Below, in pieces: positions 8,990-19,439 of a stretch of DNA of 64,000 nt. The stretch spans positions 57,649-121,648 of the forward strand of contig OZ257143.1 in assembly GCA_965279305.1 (NCBI GenBank). The letters run 5' to 3'. Made by a program: the position numbers and the translations under genes. This DNA is from Gammaproteobacteria bacterium (lineage in GTDB: Bacteria; Pseudomonadota; Gammaproteobacteria; JBIOEC01). Under the pieces are notes generated by a model. The model saw nothing but the letters and a program-made list of their open reading frames with translations, was not told where the DNA came from and ran no database searches. The first letter of the stretch is position 1; each line of letters begins with the position of its first letter.

Positions 8990-9652
8990 TTATAACACCT
9001 GTTTCAATGCATAAACAGTTACAAAAGGCGCTGTCACCGCCACTATTAATAAATAAGCCGTTAATAATGCTAAGTGTGGCAACACGGGCAATCCGTTGGC
9101 TGACGCCATTACCGCACTGGTAGCCAATATTAAAATAGGAACATAAAGAGGTAATAATAGCAGCGCTAATAAGATACCGCCCTGACGCAAACCTATAGTA
9201 AACGCCACCACCATCGCGCTGAGCAAACTGAGTGCAGGAGTGCCAATTAAAATAGTTAGCCATAAAATCATTATTTGATCCGCTGGTAAAAAAAGAATTA
9301 ATCCACAAAATGGAACTAATATTAATAACGGAATGGCTGTGACTAACCAATGTGCAATTATTTTAGGAAGCACATAATAAAGTGCACCATGCGAGCTCAG
9401 TAAGCCTTGCTCTAATGTGCCATCATAAAAATCACTAGAAAATAATGAAGAGGCCGATAACAAAGACGCTAACAATATCGCCACCCAAATAACGCCAGAA
9501 CCAATCGCATTTAATATTTCAGCGTCTGAGCCAATCGCTAATGGAAATAAACTCACCACCAATAAAAAAAACAAAACGCTGTACATCAACTCACTGCGCT
9601 GGCGATAAACCAATAATAATTGATAACGCAATAAAGTTAAGATCATGCCCAT
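8990..9652 (-). CDS. ccmB: heme exporter membrane protein CcmB
   Basis: 220 aa polytopic membrane protein directly between ccmA and ccmC. Topology and length match CcmB. Confidence 0.75.
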   Translation of the reverse strand: MGMILTLLRYQLLLVYRQRSELMYSVLFFLLVVSLFPLAIGSDAEILNAIGSGVIWVAILLASLLSASSLFSSDFYDGTLEQGLLSSHGALYYVLPKIIAHWLVTAIPLLILVPFCGLILFLPADQIMILWLTILIGTPALSLLSAMVVAFTIGLRQGGILLALLLLPLYVPILILATSAVMASANGLPVLPHLALLTAYLLIVAVTAPFVTVYALKQVL

Positions 9653-10281
9653 GACTCCAGTTCAATCGTTTGTGTCGCTATGGATAAATGTTGATGGCTC
9701 GTGACAATAGCACTCCCACCTTTTTGTTGATGCGACGTTAAACACTGCTGTAAGCCTTGAACGGCATTTTGATCGAGTGCAGTTAAAGGTTCATCTAAAA
9801 TCCACAATGGAACTTGCATTAACATTAAACGCGCCCAATTCACACGACGCTGTTGCCCTGCTGATAAACGTGCGCATGGCATATGAATATGTTTTTTTAA
9901 TCCCACTTGATCTAATGCTTCTGTTATTTTTTCATGAGACACTTTATGCCCTGCTAAACAAAGGCTTTGCTCTATATTTTCTTCAGGTGTCAGCGCTAAT
10001 TTTATTCCCGCATGATGCCCTATATAAATCATATGCGGCAAATAAGAACTCGAATACGGTTTTAAAGGCTCATTCTGCCATTCAAGACTGCCCCGCTCTG
10101 GGCTAGATAAACCCGCCAATGCTCGTAAACAGGTGGTTTTGCCCACGCCATTAGAGCCCTGTAATAATAGGATCTGGCCATTGCCCATGGTAAAAGAAAG
10201 CGGCTTAAACAAAGGCCTACCGCCCTGAACACAGATAATATCGTTGGCGATTAATGAAATATGAGGGTATTTTACATCCAT
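9643..10281 (-). CDS. ccmA: cytochrome c biogenesis ABC transporter ATPase CcmA
   Basis: 212 aa with Walker A 'GSNGVGKTT', ABC signature 'LSAGQQRRV' and Walker B 'ILDEP'. It is the first gene of the ccm operon. Confidence 0.8.
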   Translation of the reverse strand: MDVKYPHISLIANDIICVQGGRPLFKPLSFTMGNGQILLLQGSNGVGKTTCLRALAGLSSPERGSLEWQNEPLKPYSSSYLPHMIYIGHHAGIKLALTPEENIEQSLCLAGHKVSHEKITEALDQVGLKKHIHMPCARLSAGQQRRVNWARLMLMQVPLWILDEPLTALDQNAVQGLQQCLTSHQQKGGSAIVTSHQHLSIATQTIELESWA

Positions 10282-10374
10282 GGGATCAGCTATCTACGCT
10301 ATATATAGTGTGCGTAGTATATCATTGGCAGTGCATAACCCCAAAAACTTGTTAGCTATGGCTAATAACTGGGG

Positions 10375-10860
10375 CTATTTTTTCCACAACTGAAGCATAA
10401 CGAGAAAAGCACCTACACAGATAAAGCTATCGGCCAGGTTAAAGGCATACCAATGCCAGGTAGAGACGTAAAAATCCAAGAAGTCGATCACATAGCCGTA
10501 ATATAAACGATCTACTAAGTTGCCTATGGCACCGCTTAATAGTAAGGCAATTCCCAAACCTTCTAAGGTTTTTTCTTTAGGAATGCGGTAAAGCCAAATA
10601 GTAAATCCAATCGTCGCAGCAACTGCAACGGTGATTAAAAATAACTGATTCCAACCTTCCCCTTTATTTAAAAACCCAAAGGCTGAACCATAGTTATGAA
10701 CTTGTGTAAAATTTAAGCCTGGAAAAACAGGAATGATTTCTCCCAACGCTATTATTTTTACCGCCATATATTTGGACAGCTGATCGGTTAATAAACCTAA
10801 TATCGAAATAGGTAACCAAACGATCGATGATTGTCTTAAGCGATGAAAATAATTATGCAT
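10375..10860 (-). CDS. lspA: lipoprotein signal peptidase II
   Basis: LspA motifs 'NYGSAFGF' (NxGxAF) and 'FNLADSFI'. ileS-lspA synteny is classic. The track start is 10884. The internal ATG at 10860 ([16 protein letters not shown]...) gives a canonical-length N-terminus and a small overlap with the ileS stop. Confidence 0.8.
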   Translation of the reverse strand: MHNYFHRLRQSSIVWLPISILGLLTDQLSKYMAVKIIALGEIIPVFPGLNFTQVHNYGSAFGFLNKGEGWNQLFLITVAVAATIGFTIWLYRIPKEKTLEGLGIALLLSGAIGNLVDRLYYGYVIDFLDFYVSTWHWYAFNLADSFICVGAFLVMLQLWKK

Positions 10861-13678
10861 AAAGTCGTTTCTCTCCTGGACCATCTATATTTTCTATACA
10901 ACGTCCGCAAATTTCGGGATGCGCCGCATGTTGGCCTACATCTTCTACCCTATGCCAGCAACGTCCGCATTTAGGATTTTCAGAAGGTTTAATACTGATC
11001 CACACATTGGGTATTTCAGTTTGTATGGCATCCGCACTTTTATTTTCTAGAGGCAATACTTTTGCACCAGAAGTAATAAAAACAAATCGTAATTCGTTTT
11101 TTAATTGCTCTAATTGCGAGAATATTTCGCCATTGGTATATAAAGTCACTTCGGCTTCTAAGTTTGATCCAATTTTTCCATCGGCTCTCACTTGCTCTAA
11201 CGCTTTATTCACCACTTCACGCACTTTCATCACTTGTTGCCAGTAAACGGTATTCATAGCATTGGTTTCTGCTAAAGGTTCAAGAGCGTTATACCATTGG
11301 GTTAAGAAAATAGAATCTTCTTTTTCACCGGGCACATAAGACCAAATTTCTTCGGCAGTAAAACTTAAAATAGGCGCCATCCAACGCACTAAAGCTTGTA
11401 CTACATGATACATAGCCGTTTGTGCAGAGCGACGTGCACGACTATCCGTGCCTAATGTATATTGCCTGTCTTTGATAATATCTAAATAAAATGCACCTAA
11501 ATCTACGCTACAGAAATTATGTAACTGTTGATAAATCACATGGAATTGATAATTTTCATACGCTTGAATGATTTGATTTTGTAAATCATGTGTTTTTCCA
11601 ATTAACCATTGATCTAACGCTAACAATTCATCATAAGCTAATAAATTTTTATTTGGATCAAATCCAGACAAATTCGCTAATAAAAACCGTGAGGTGTTAC
11701 GAATACGGCGATATGCTTCTGCTGCACGTTGTAAAATTTCATCAGATACATGTAATTCAACGCGGTAATCAATAGCCGCTACCCACAAACGTAAAATATC
11801 GGCGCCCATTTGATTAATCACTTTTTGTGGAGATACCACATTGCCTATTGATTTAGACATTTTTCTGCCCTGCGCATCTACCGCATAACCATGCGTTAAC
11901 ACCATTTTATAAGGCGCTTCATGATACATACCAATAGATGTTAATAAAGAAGAATGAAACCAACCTCTGTGTTGATCCGAACCTTCTAAATAAATATCGG
12001 CAGGCCACATCAGTTCTTGACGTTGTTGTAACACACAATAATGTGACATACCTGAATCTAACCATACATCTAAACCATCTTTAATAGGCGCATAGTCTTT
12101 GGCGTCTTCGTTTAATAAAATTTCAGGATCCAGGTTGTACCAAATTTCCATACCATGATCTTCAACCATATCCGCCACTTGTTCCATTAGCTCAGGCGTA
12201 CGCGGATGCAGCTCACCGGTTTCTTTATGCACATATAAGGTGAGCGGTGTGCTCCAAGTACGTTGGCGCGAAATACACCAATCAGGTCGTTGTTCAATCA
12301 AACCATAAATACGCGCTTCACCCCACTCAGGGATCCATTTCACTTTTTTAATGGCTGCTAAGGCTTCTTCACGTAAATGATTGGTTTCCATTCCAATAAA
12401 CCATTGTGGAGTGGCTCTGAAAATCACAGGCGTTTTGTGGCGCCAGCAATGAGGGTAACTATGGGCGACTTTTTCAAAATGAATGAGTGCACCTTTTTCA
12501 CGTAGCACTTCGATAATATTATCGTTGGCTTTCCAAATCATTTGCCCGCCAAATAAAGGTAAATCTTTGGTGTACACGCCATTAGGGCCAACATCATGGG
12601 TAATTGACAATCCATAGGCTTGCCCTACATAATAATCGTCTAAACCATGAGCAGGTGCTGTATGCACAGCTCCGGTACCCGCATCAGTGGTGACATGATC
12701 ACCCAATACCATTAATGAATCTCTATCATAAAAAGGATGGCGTAATAATACGCGATCAAATACTTTGCCTTTAGCGCGTGCGAGCACTTCAAAATGAGTT
12801 ATTCCATAACGCTGCATGGTAGAATCTAATAATGCTTCCGCTAAAAATAAACGACGTGCTTTTCCATTAATAGTGCACTGAACTAATACATAATCGAGTT
12901 CAGGGTTAAGCGCAACACCGTAATTCGCGGGTAATGTCCATGGTGTGGTTGTCCAAATCACTACGTTAATATCACCATCACCAGATTTTTTAATATCTTC
13001 AAATAATTTTAAAAATGCCGCTTCATCTTTTACTGGAAACCCCACATCAATAGCAGGTGAAGTTTTATCTTTATATTCTACTTCCGCTTCTGCTAAAGCA
13101 GATGCACAATCCATACACCAATAAACCGGTTTGTAACCTTTAAATAAATGTCCGTTACGAACAATTTTAGCGAGCCCGCGAATAATATTGGCTTCATAAC
13201 CAGGCGCCATAGTGAGATAAGGATGTTCCCAATCACCTAATACACCTAAACGAATAAAATCGTCGCGCTGTTTATCTACTTGTGTGGCTGCATATTCTCT
13301 GCAGGCTTTTCTAAATACTTCAGGGGTTACATCAACGTTCGCTTTACCAATTTTTTTTTCTACATTTAATTCAATCGGTAAACCATGACAATCCCAACCC
13401 GGCACATAAGGTGCATCAAATCCGCTAATGGATTTGCTTTTGGTAATCATATCTTTCAGAATTTTATTCACCGCATGACCAATATGAATTTCACCATTTG
13501 CGTAAGGAGGACCATCATGCAAAATAAATTTAGGGCGCCCTACTGCTGCACCACGCATACGATGATATAAATCCATGTCTTTCCAGCGCTGTAAAATAGC
13601 TGGCTCACGCTGTGCTAAATTCGCCTTCATAGGAAAATCAGTTTGAGGAAGATTTAGCGTATCTTTGTACTCAGCCAT
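10853..13678 (-). CDS. ileS: isoleucyl-tRNA synthetase
   Basis: Class I aaRS motifs '[12 protein letters not shown]' (HIGH) and 'KMSKSIGN' (KMSKS). The C-terminal zinc-binding CxxC...CxxC is present. The track ORF starts at 13714. The in-frame ATG at 13678 gives [21 protein letters not shown], which matches the canonical IleS N-terminus. Confidence 0.95.
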   Translation of the reverse strand: MAEYKDTLNLPQTDFPMKANLAQREPAILQRWKDMDLYHRMRGAAVGRPKFILHDGPPYANGEIHIGHAVNKILKDMITKSKSISGFDAPYVPGWDCHGLPIELNVEKKIGKANVDVTPEVFRKACREYAATQVDKQRDDFIRLGVLGDWEHPYLTMAPGYEANIIRGLAKIVRNGHLFKGYKPVYWCMDCASALAEAEVEYKDKTSPAIDVGFPVKDEAAFLKLFEDIKKSGDGDINVVIWTTTPWTLPANYGVALNPELDYVLVQCTINGKARRLFLAEALLDSTMQRYGITHFEVLARAKGKVFDRVLLRHPFYDRDSLMVLGDHVTTDAGTGAVHTAPAHGLDDYYVGQAYGLSITHDVGPNGVYTKDLPLFGGQMIWKANDNIIEVLREKGALIHFEKVAHSYPHCWRHKTPVIFRATPQWFIGMETNHLREEALAAIKKVKWIPEWGEARIYGLIEQRPDWCISRQRTWSTPLTLYVHKETGELHPRTPELMEQVADMVEDHGMEIWYNLDPEILLNEDAKDYAPIKDGLDVWLDSGMSHYCVLQQRQELMWPADIYLEGSDQHRGWFHSSLLTSIGMYHEAPYKMVLTHGYAVDAQGRKMSKSIGNVVSPQKVINQMGADILRLWVAAIDYRVELHVSDEILQRAAEAYRRIRNTSRFLLANLSGFDPNKNLLAYDELLALDQWLIGKTHDLQNQIIQAYENYQFHVIYQQLHNFCSVDLGAFYLDIIKDRQYTLGTDSRARRSAQTAMYHVVQALVRWMAPILSFTAEEIWSYVPGEKEDSIFLTQWYNALEPLAETNAMNTVYWQQVMKVREVVNKALEQVRADGKIGSNLEAEVTLYTNGEIFSQLEQLKNELRFVFITSGAKVLPLENKSADAIQTEIPNVWISIKPSENPKCGRCWHRVEDVGQHAAHPEICGRCIENIDGPGEKRLYA

Positions 13679-14837
13679 GTGCAACGTCCTTTCTGTTCTT
13701 TTTGAAAATACCAAATTTTTCTAGCACTAATGCGAAACCACCATTACCAACCACATTGGCAGCCGTAATAACGGGGTCAAATAAAATGTAAAGCGCCGTG
13801 ATCAGCGACAACATTTCGCCATTAAAACCCAAATGCTCTTCTAGCAAGGGTAATATCACTAATACACCGCCACCGGGAATACCAGCAGCAGATAAACGGG
13901 CTAATACAAAATATAATCCGAAAATAACAAATGTGATGAGTGATGGCTCTGCAACACCATAGTTTTTCATAATGGCGTAAGCAAAAATAGTAATCGCAAT
14001 ACAGTCGCCTAATAAATGAATATTCACGGTAGCAGGAACAATAGAGCGCGCCGTGTCTTTATCTTTAGCATTTTTTTCCACGCCAATAATGGTAAGAGGC
14101 ATGGTCACCGCACTAGACATAGTGCTAAATGCTACCATAGCGGCTGGGAACATATTTTTAATGCTAGTCAGGGTTGCCCTCACTTTAAAGTTATTAGCCA
14201 ATAAATACAGGAATGCAATATATAGAATTTGTGATAAGGCAATTACAACAAAGATCATCGCGTAATCTTCTACAATGATTTTCATCACCCCATCATATTG
14301 AAGCTTAACCACAAAGCCCGCCACAAACACAGGGATCAGGTACACGAATGATTGAAGGATGCGGTTAACAATAATATCTAAATAATTTGCTATTTTATTA
14401 GCAAAGTCAGCTTTAAACATGCCGCCCAAAATACCTAAGAGCACGCCTGCAATCATGGCTTTATCATTGGCAAATACTTCAGGAATTAACAACAGCCAAC
14501 TAGGCTGTAAGCTCTCCCCTGAATTCGGTGTAATTAACGATAGATCAAAGGTGTAAATCCACTCACCTAGATAATGGCTTAAAAAAGCAGAGAGAAAATT
14601 AGAGAAACACACAGCAACTAAAATCATTAAAATAACCCGGGTGGCATTACTGGCCAACCCCAAAGCCACCTTAAATAAGAGGCCAAATATGATAAGAGGC
14701 AATAGGAAAATAATCAGGGATTTAATAGACAAACTAGCGGCATACAAAAACGACTTCACTTCTAGGGGTATAAAGCTATCCAATAGCACTATAGACAAAA
14801 TAATAACCAGTAAAATTACGGGCATCTTGCTAAACAT
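13671..14837 (-). CDS. dicarboxylate/amino acid:cation symporter (DAACS) family transporter
   Basis: 388 aa polytopic membrane protein carrying DAACS hallmark motifs '[11 protein letters not shown]' (SSSxxxLP) and '[15 protein letters not shown]' (AAGxPGAG), as seen in GltP/SstT. Substrate is not inferable. Confidence 0.55.
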   Translation of the reverse strand: MFSKMPVILLVIILSIVLLDSFIPLEVKSFLYAASLSIKSLIIFLLPLIIFGLLFKVALGLASNATRVILMILVAVCFSNFLSAFLSHYLGEWIYTFDLSLITPNSGESLQPSWLLLIPEVFANDKAMIAGVLLGILGGMFKADFANKIANYLDIIVNRILQSFVYLIPVFVAGFVVKLQYDGVMKIIVEDYAMIFVVIALSQILYIAFLYLLANNFKVRATLTSIKNMFPAAMVAFSTMSSAVTMPLTIIGVEKNAKDKDTARSIVPATVNIHLLGDCIAITIFAYAIMKNYGVAEPSLITFVIFGLYFVLARLSAAGIPGGGVLVILPLLEEHLGFNGEMLSLITALYILFDPVITAANVVGNGGFALVLEKFGIFKKNRKDVAHG

Positions 14838-14948
14838 ATATAGATCCTTGTGAGGTGAAACTTATATTATAGAGAATTTGGCCATTATACGAGAATTTAG
14901 AAAGGTAGGCTAATTAAGATAAGGCTATAATAGAAATTGGCTTTTTTA

Positions 14949-14977
14949 TTGACTTTTCTAACTCATCATAATATAGT
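14949..14977 (+). promoter_or_regulatory. putative sigma70 promoter for the tandem kinase operon (TTGACT-N17-TATAGT)
   Basis: Sequence 'TTGACTtttctaactcatcataaTATAGT' lies about 33 nt upstream of the ATG at 15010 and is a near-consensus -35/-10 with a 17-nt spacer. Pattern-based only. Confidence 0.4.
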
Positions 14978-15009
14978 TAGCTTTCCAATTTTAACAGCAG
15001 AAATCTACC

Positions 15010-16653
15010 ATGTTAGCCCGAAATACTGATATAAATCACAGTCAATTATATCAAAAGCTTGTATCGGCTCACCCTATTCTTTTAAGCGACCGGGAGTGGG
15101 ATGCCGTACGAGAGTTTCTTACCGTGATCCCTTGGACTCCAGAAAATAGATCTGACGCAGACAATCCCAATTGTATTCTATATTTTCAATTCTCCGAATG
15201 GCTTCCTAACACTAATCTAGAGATAAGTCATTTTTTGGATTTCATTATCGCTAAAGCCAAAGCTCAAAATAAACCAGAGATAGCAAGCCTTGCCACGAAC
15301 AAAGCTCAAGAATTTATGAAACAGATACTCATCGAACGCCAACTGGCCGATAGCTTAGAAAGTGATGATGAAGAGGAGAAAGAGGAAGATTCCGACTCAG
15401 AAGCGCCTAAACCACGTCGAAGAGAACGAGTTTATTCAACTGATGAATTAGCACAAGCAGCTGCTGAATTAGCACAAGCAGACACTCTTGCTACGAAGAT
15501 TCTCAATTATTTTCCCTATGGAAGCCATACCTTTTCACACCAAGTACAAACCCTACAAAAAATAGGTGCTGGTGGATTTGGAAAGATTTATAGAACACGT
15601 ACCTTATCCAATCCTAATATAGAAAGCATTGTTAAACATCTACCTGGTGTCAAAAATAAAGAGATACTAACTGAAGTCGCTATCATGATGGCATGCAAAA
15701 GCCCTTATGTAATGAGATGTATGGGTTTACAAATTGGTGAGACCACTATTAAAATTATGATGGAAGAAGCTACAGGCGGATCTCTTCTAGACTTTTTAAG
15801 GAGTGCCCATTTAGACATAGCAGCAAAAACCGATCTCTCATTAAAAATAGCACTGGGTCTTCTCCAAGTTCATGAAATGAATTTCATTCATAGCGATGTG
15901 AAACCCGGCAATATTTTAATTGCCTATAATAGTACTACTAAAGAAATTACACCAAAAATCTCTGATTTTGGAAGTGCACATTCAATAGCAACAGAAAACC
16001 CAACATTTATTTCAACTTTTATTCGAACCGATTTAGCATACTGCGCACCTGAAATTCTTGAACAATTTTCACCTGTTAGAGATCTTGCAATTACTTATAC
16101 AGCCAAAGTAGATCCTTATGGCTTAGCACTAACTTTTTTCGAAATATATACTGGGCAAGAACCTTTATCATGTGAAATTTATGAAGAAAATTTTTACTCT
16201 GAAGAACCTAAAAATTATGTTTTAAATAATTACGATCGCTATCGAAAACACGATGAAGAAGTGATGAAACGTAGTCTTGGTGCTTCACCTATATTAAAAG
16301 AAATAATTGAATTAGGACGAGAAAGAGATCCCCATCAAAGACCTGATATCAAAACAATTGTTCGAATGCTTGTCGGCGCAAAAAAAGAACATCAAGAACA
16401 TATAAGAGAAGTAAATAATTTGTTTGGTGCACAAAAACCTATGGAAGTTCCACATGAACCAATAACCGTTTTAACTCAAGATCAGATACTTGCTGAAGCA
16501 CGAGAATATATAGCACTAAATCTCCAAGCTATACTAGAAGATGAAGTTCTAGAACGCCCTGACACAGGCCTAAAAACAATTGAAGAAAATGTTATCTATG
16601 CGCCAACACCTAAAAGAGCTCGTACGAATACAGAACTTGATCCACCAAAATAA
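15010..16653 (+). CDS. eukaryotic-like (Hanks-type) Ser/Thr protein kinase with N-terminal non-kinase domain
   Basis: 547 aa. Kinase motifs are the glycine loop 'IGAGGFGKIY', catalytic loop 'HSDVKPGNILI', 'KISDFGSA' (DFG) and 'YCAPE' (APE). The first ~180 aa include an acidic stretch (DDEEEKEEDSDSE). Confidence 0.75.
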   Translation: MLARNTDINHSQLYQKLVSAHPILLSDREWDAVREFLTVIPWTPENRSDADNPNCILYFQFSEWLPNTNLEISHFLDFIIAKAKAQNKPEIASLATNKAQEFMKQILIERQLADSLESDDEEEKEEDSDSEAPKPRRRERVYSTDELAQAAAELAQADTLATKILNYFPYGSHTFSHQVQTLQKIGAGGFGKIYRTRTLSNPNIESIVKHLPGVKNKEILTEVAIMMACKSPYVMRCMGLQIGETTIKIMMEEATGGSLLDFLRSAHLDIAAKTDLSLKIALGLLQVHEMNFIHSDVKPGNILIAYNSTTKEITPKISDFGSAHSIATENPTFISTFIRTDLAYCAPEILEQFSPVRDLAITYTAKVDPYGLALTFFEIYTGQEPLSCEIYEENFYSEEPKNYVLNNYDRYRKHDEEVMKRSLGASPILKEIIELGRERDPHQRPDIKTIVRMLVGAKKEHQEHIREVNNLFGAQKPMEVPHEPITVLTQDQILAEAREYIALNLQAILEDEVLERPDTGLKTIEENVIYAPTPKRARTNTELDPPK

Positions 16654-16664
16654 GTAGTACTATT

Positions 16665-18038
16665 ATGTCAACACAATACATTAGAACTTTATATAACAAG
16701 CTTTTTAACGATGTAGCTCTAACACCTCAAGAATGGAAAACGGTAGGAGAATACTTAAACACCATCACTCCTTCTGGCGTTCCCATTAACAATAGATTTA
16801 ATTATTTAGCTAAATTACGTCGTTTCTTATTTTTAAGAAAATTCAGCCCTGAATTTATTTATAAAGATAGCAACCAAGCAACTTCATTAATTGCTCGAAT
16901 TATGAGCAAAGCTCATAAAGATAAAAACAATAATATCTATCAACAAGCAAAATCCATGCTACCAGATTTCCATGCATATCAAATAGAAAAAATCTATAAC
17001 AAACCTATTTCAATTGAATTAATGAACTCCTTCCCCGAAGATGAAATTTTTGCTGATGAAATTGATTTACGGGATCAAAGAAATATAGCGGAAGGTTCTT
17101 TTGGTAGTATTTTCATGACCCGATCAGCTTCTTATTTTACTGATCTTAACGAAAATCTCATTATAAAAAAACCAAAAGACAATAATGACAAAACAGAAAT
17201 TAATAATATCTTAAATGAAATTCGTGCGCTTACTCACTTTTCTAACACAAATAATATCATTCACATACAAGGAATATCGATTGGTAAAACCATAGGCATA
17301 GTTCTTGAGCATATGATTGCTGGCTCTCTCGGTAATTATTACATGAACAATTTTGATATATTAACAATTAATGACAAAAGAAATATTGCATTTCAAGCTG
17401 TTAATGGTGTACATGAAATGCACAGCTTAGGTTGGCTTCATCGTGATCTCACCATAGGAAATATACTGGTTAATATCAACCCTGATGATAATAGTTTCAC
17501 TATAAAAATATCGGATGTAGCAAGTGCTGTAAATACTCTAACTCACACAGAAATAGAAAAAGGCACGGTTACCACGTGGGCTTATTGCGATCGAGGGTTA
17601 TTGATCAATTCCGCCAGATCATATGCTGATAAAAAACCACGTGAATTTAAATATAACACAGCTACCGATGTATTTTCTTTAGGACCTGTTCTATACATTA
17701 TTTTTACGGGAGAACCTAATGCATGTTTTTATCAACACCATGAATTATTGGATGCGGAATCGAAAAGAGTAAAACGTGCTGATAAAGACACAATCAAAGC
17801 TGCTCATAAACATGAAGTAGAAATGATAACAACATTAGCAAACAATCATCCTGATTATTGTGAAGCAGATAAAAAAGTTATTATGGCTGCACCTATTCCT
17901 GATAGATACAGTGAAATAATTGTTCGATGTTATGATGCCCAAGCTGATAAAAGACCAAGCACCACTGAAATATTGGATATTTTCGCAGCTCCTATACCTA
18001 AACCACTCGCTAGAACTAGTCAGTTGGGACCGATCTAA
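16665..18038 (+). CDS. protein kinase-like protein with atypical motifs (possible pseudokinase)
   Basis: 457 aa. Glycine-loop-like 'IAEGSFGSIF', catalytic loop 'HRDLTIGNILV' (Lys of HRDLKxxN replaced by Thr) and 'KISDVASA' in place of DFG. The N-terminal 'TPQEWKTVGEYLNTI' motif is shared with the neighbouring kinases. Confidence 0.6.
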   Translation: MSTQYIRTLYNKLFNDVALTPQEWKTVGEYLNTITPSGVPINNRFNYLAKLRRFLFLRKFSPEFIYKDSNQATSLIARIMSKAHKDKNNNIYQQAKSMLPDFHAYQIEKIYNKPISIELMNSFPEDEIFADEIDLRDQRNIAEGSFGSIFMTRSASYFTDLNENLIIKKPKDNNDKTEINNILNEIRALTHFSNTNNIIHIQGISIGKTIGIVLEHMIAGSLGNYYMNNFDILTINDKRNIAFQAVNGVHEMHSLGWLHRDLTIGNILVNINPDDNSFTIKISDVASAVNTLTHTEIEKGTVTTWAYCDRGLLINSARSYADKKPREFKYNTATDVFSLGPVLYIIFTGEPNACFYQHHELLDAESKRVKRADKDTIKAAHKHEVEMITTLANNHPDYCEADKKVIMAAPIPDRYSEIIVRCYDAQADKRPSTTEILDIFAAPIPKPLARTSQLGPI

Positions 18039-18039
18039 T

Positions 18040-19428
18040 ATGAAAAGAACAAAAACATCAACTCCTTCAGGTGAAGGTAAAAGAATTAGAACAACGCCGT
18101 CTTATGAACATGGGGGAATAAATTATAGCGATCTTTACAGAAAAGTAAGTACTGATATTGAGGCTCTTTTATCAGACGAAGAATGGCTTAAAATAGTAGA
18201 TTATTTAAATATCATACAGGTTAGATCAAGTCTTCCTTTATCTCCTGAATCCGTTTTAAATAATGATACTATTATGGCCTCTCTTTCTATAGAGTGGATC
18301 CCACCTGAAGATAATGCACTTATTGCTGAATTCATTAATAAAATTATTATAAAATCTCAATTACAAAATAAAATTGAAATTACACGGCTAGCCGAAAGAA
18401 AACGTCGTGAATTCATTTATTCAGAGCTTAAATATCATTTTTCTCAAGAAGTTTCACAAAAAATATTGGATCAATTGCCAAATTATGCTCTTACAAGCGA
18501 TAAATTAGAAGTTGAAAAAGAACTAGCAGAAGGTTCTCATGGTAGCGTATTTAAAATTAAAAAAACAAAATACAGTGTTTTTGCTTTACCACTTGTGGCG
18601 AAAAACGCTAAACCAGGAAAAAACCAATTTTTAATTAATGAAATCCGCACGTTAAGTCATATAACTAATCATCGAGGAAACCCGTATATTACGAATTTTT
18701 TAGGCTTACATTTTGGTCCTAATCATTTTTTAAGTGTTTTATCTGAATTTGCTCCACGTGGAGATCTTTTAAATCTTCTTAAATCAACAACAGTAGTACC
18801 TGAAGATAAAATAAAAATAACGACACAAATGGCTTTAGCTTTAAATTATTTACATAGAATTTCTTGTTTGCATTTAGATTTAAAACCAGAGAATGTATTA
18901 ATTTTCTCGGATAACATGGGAATTCGAATTAAATTAACAGACCTTGGATTATCAAAATTAAAAACTGAATTTAGCTCAAAACATGCAAAAGGAACTATTG
19001 ATCACATGGCGCCTGAAATTTTATCACAGGCATTAAAGCCACCTATTTTATATACTAAAAAAGTTGATGTTTTTAGTTTTTTTTCTGTTCTATTTTCAAT
19101 CCATCTTCAAATTTCTCGTTCCAATACTAAAACTCTAGAAGAACCTATACCTGATGGCAAACCAAGACATGTTCATGTATTAGAAAATTTTTCACGAGAC
19201 CTATCAAATGATATGACTTTAATAAATGATTCAAAACCTGAAATTCCAGTGCTGAAAGAACTCTTGTTTAGCACTGGAAAAATGAATCCTGATGAACGAC
19301 CATACATGGATGAAGTACTTAAACAAATAAATTTACATGATCCAAAAACCGGAGTAAAAAAAGAATTACCTTCAAATGCTCCATTGCCTACTACTAATAC
19401 AAGCTCTAGCAGATCTCAACCACATTAA
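18040..19428 (+). CDS. eukaryotic-like Ser/Thr protein kinase
   Basis: The track ORF (17920) overlaps the previous gene. The ATG at 18040, directly after the upstream stop, gives MKRTKTSTPSGEG.... Motifs are the glycine loop 'LAEGSHGSVF', 'HLDLKPENVLI', 'KLTDLGLS' (DLG variant) and 'HMAPE'. Confidence 0.7.
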   Translation: MKRTKTSTPSGEGKRIRTTPSYEHGGINYSDLYRKVSTDIEALLSDEEWLKIVDYLNIIQVRSSLPLSPESVLNNDTIMASLSIEWIPPEDNALIAEFINKIIIKSQLQNKIEITRLAERKRREFIYSELKYHFSQEVSQKILDQLPNYALTSDKLEVEKELAEGSHGSVFKIKKTKYSVFALPLVAKNAKPGKNQFLINEIRTLSHITNHRGNPYITNFLGLHFGPNHFLSVLSEFAPRGDLLNLLKSTTVVPEDKIKITTQMALALNYLHRISCLHLDLKPENVLIFSDNMGIRIKLTDLGLSKLKTEFSSKHAKGTIDHMAPEILSQALKPPILYTKKVDVFSFFSVLFSIHLQISRSNTKTLEEPIPDGKPRHVHVLENFSRDLSNDMTLINDSKPEIPVLKELLFSTGKMNPDERPYMDEVLKQINLHDPKTGVKKELPSNAPLPTTNTSSSRSQPH

Positions 19429-19439
19429 GGATTATAATT

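Noticed and set aside
10282-10374. Possible plus-strand terminator (cccc...ggggctatttttt) and 6-bp inverted repeat 'ctacgc-N12-gcgtag' upstream of ccmA
   Set aside because: No plus-strand gene ends here. The stem is short and interrupted. It is more likely part of the ccm promoter region or chance.
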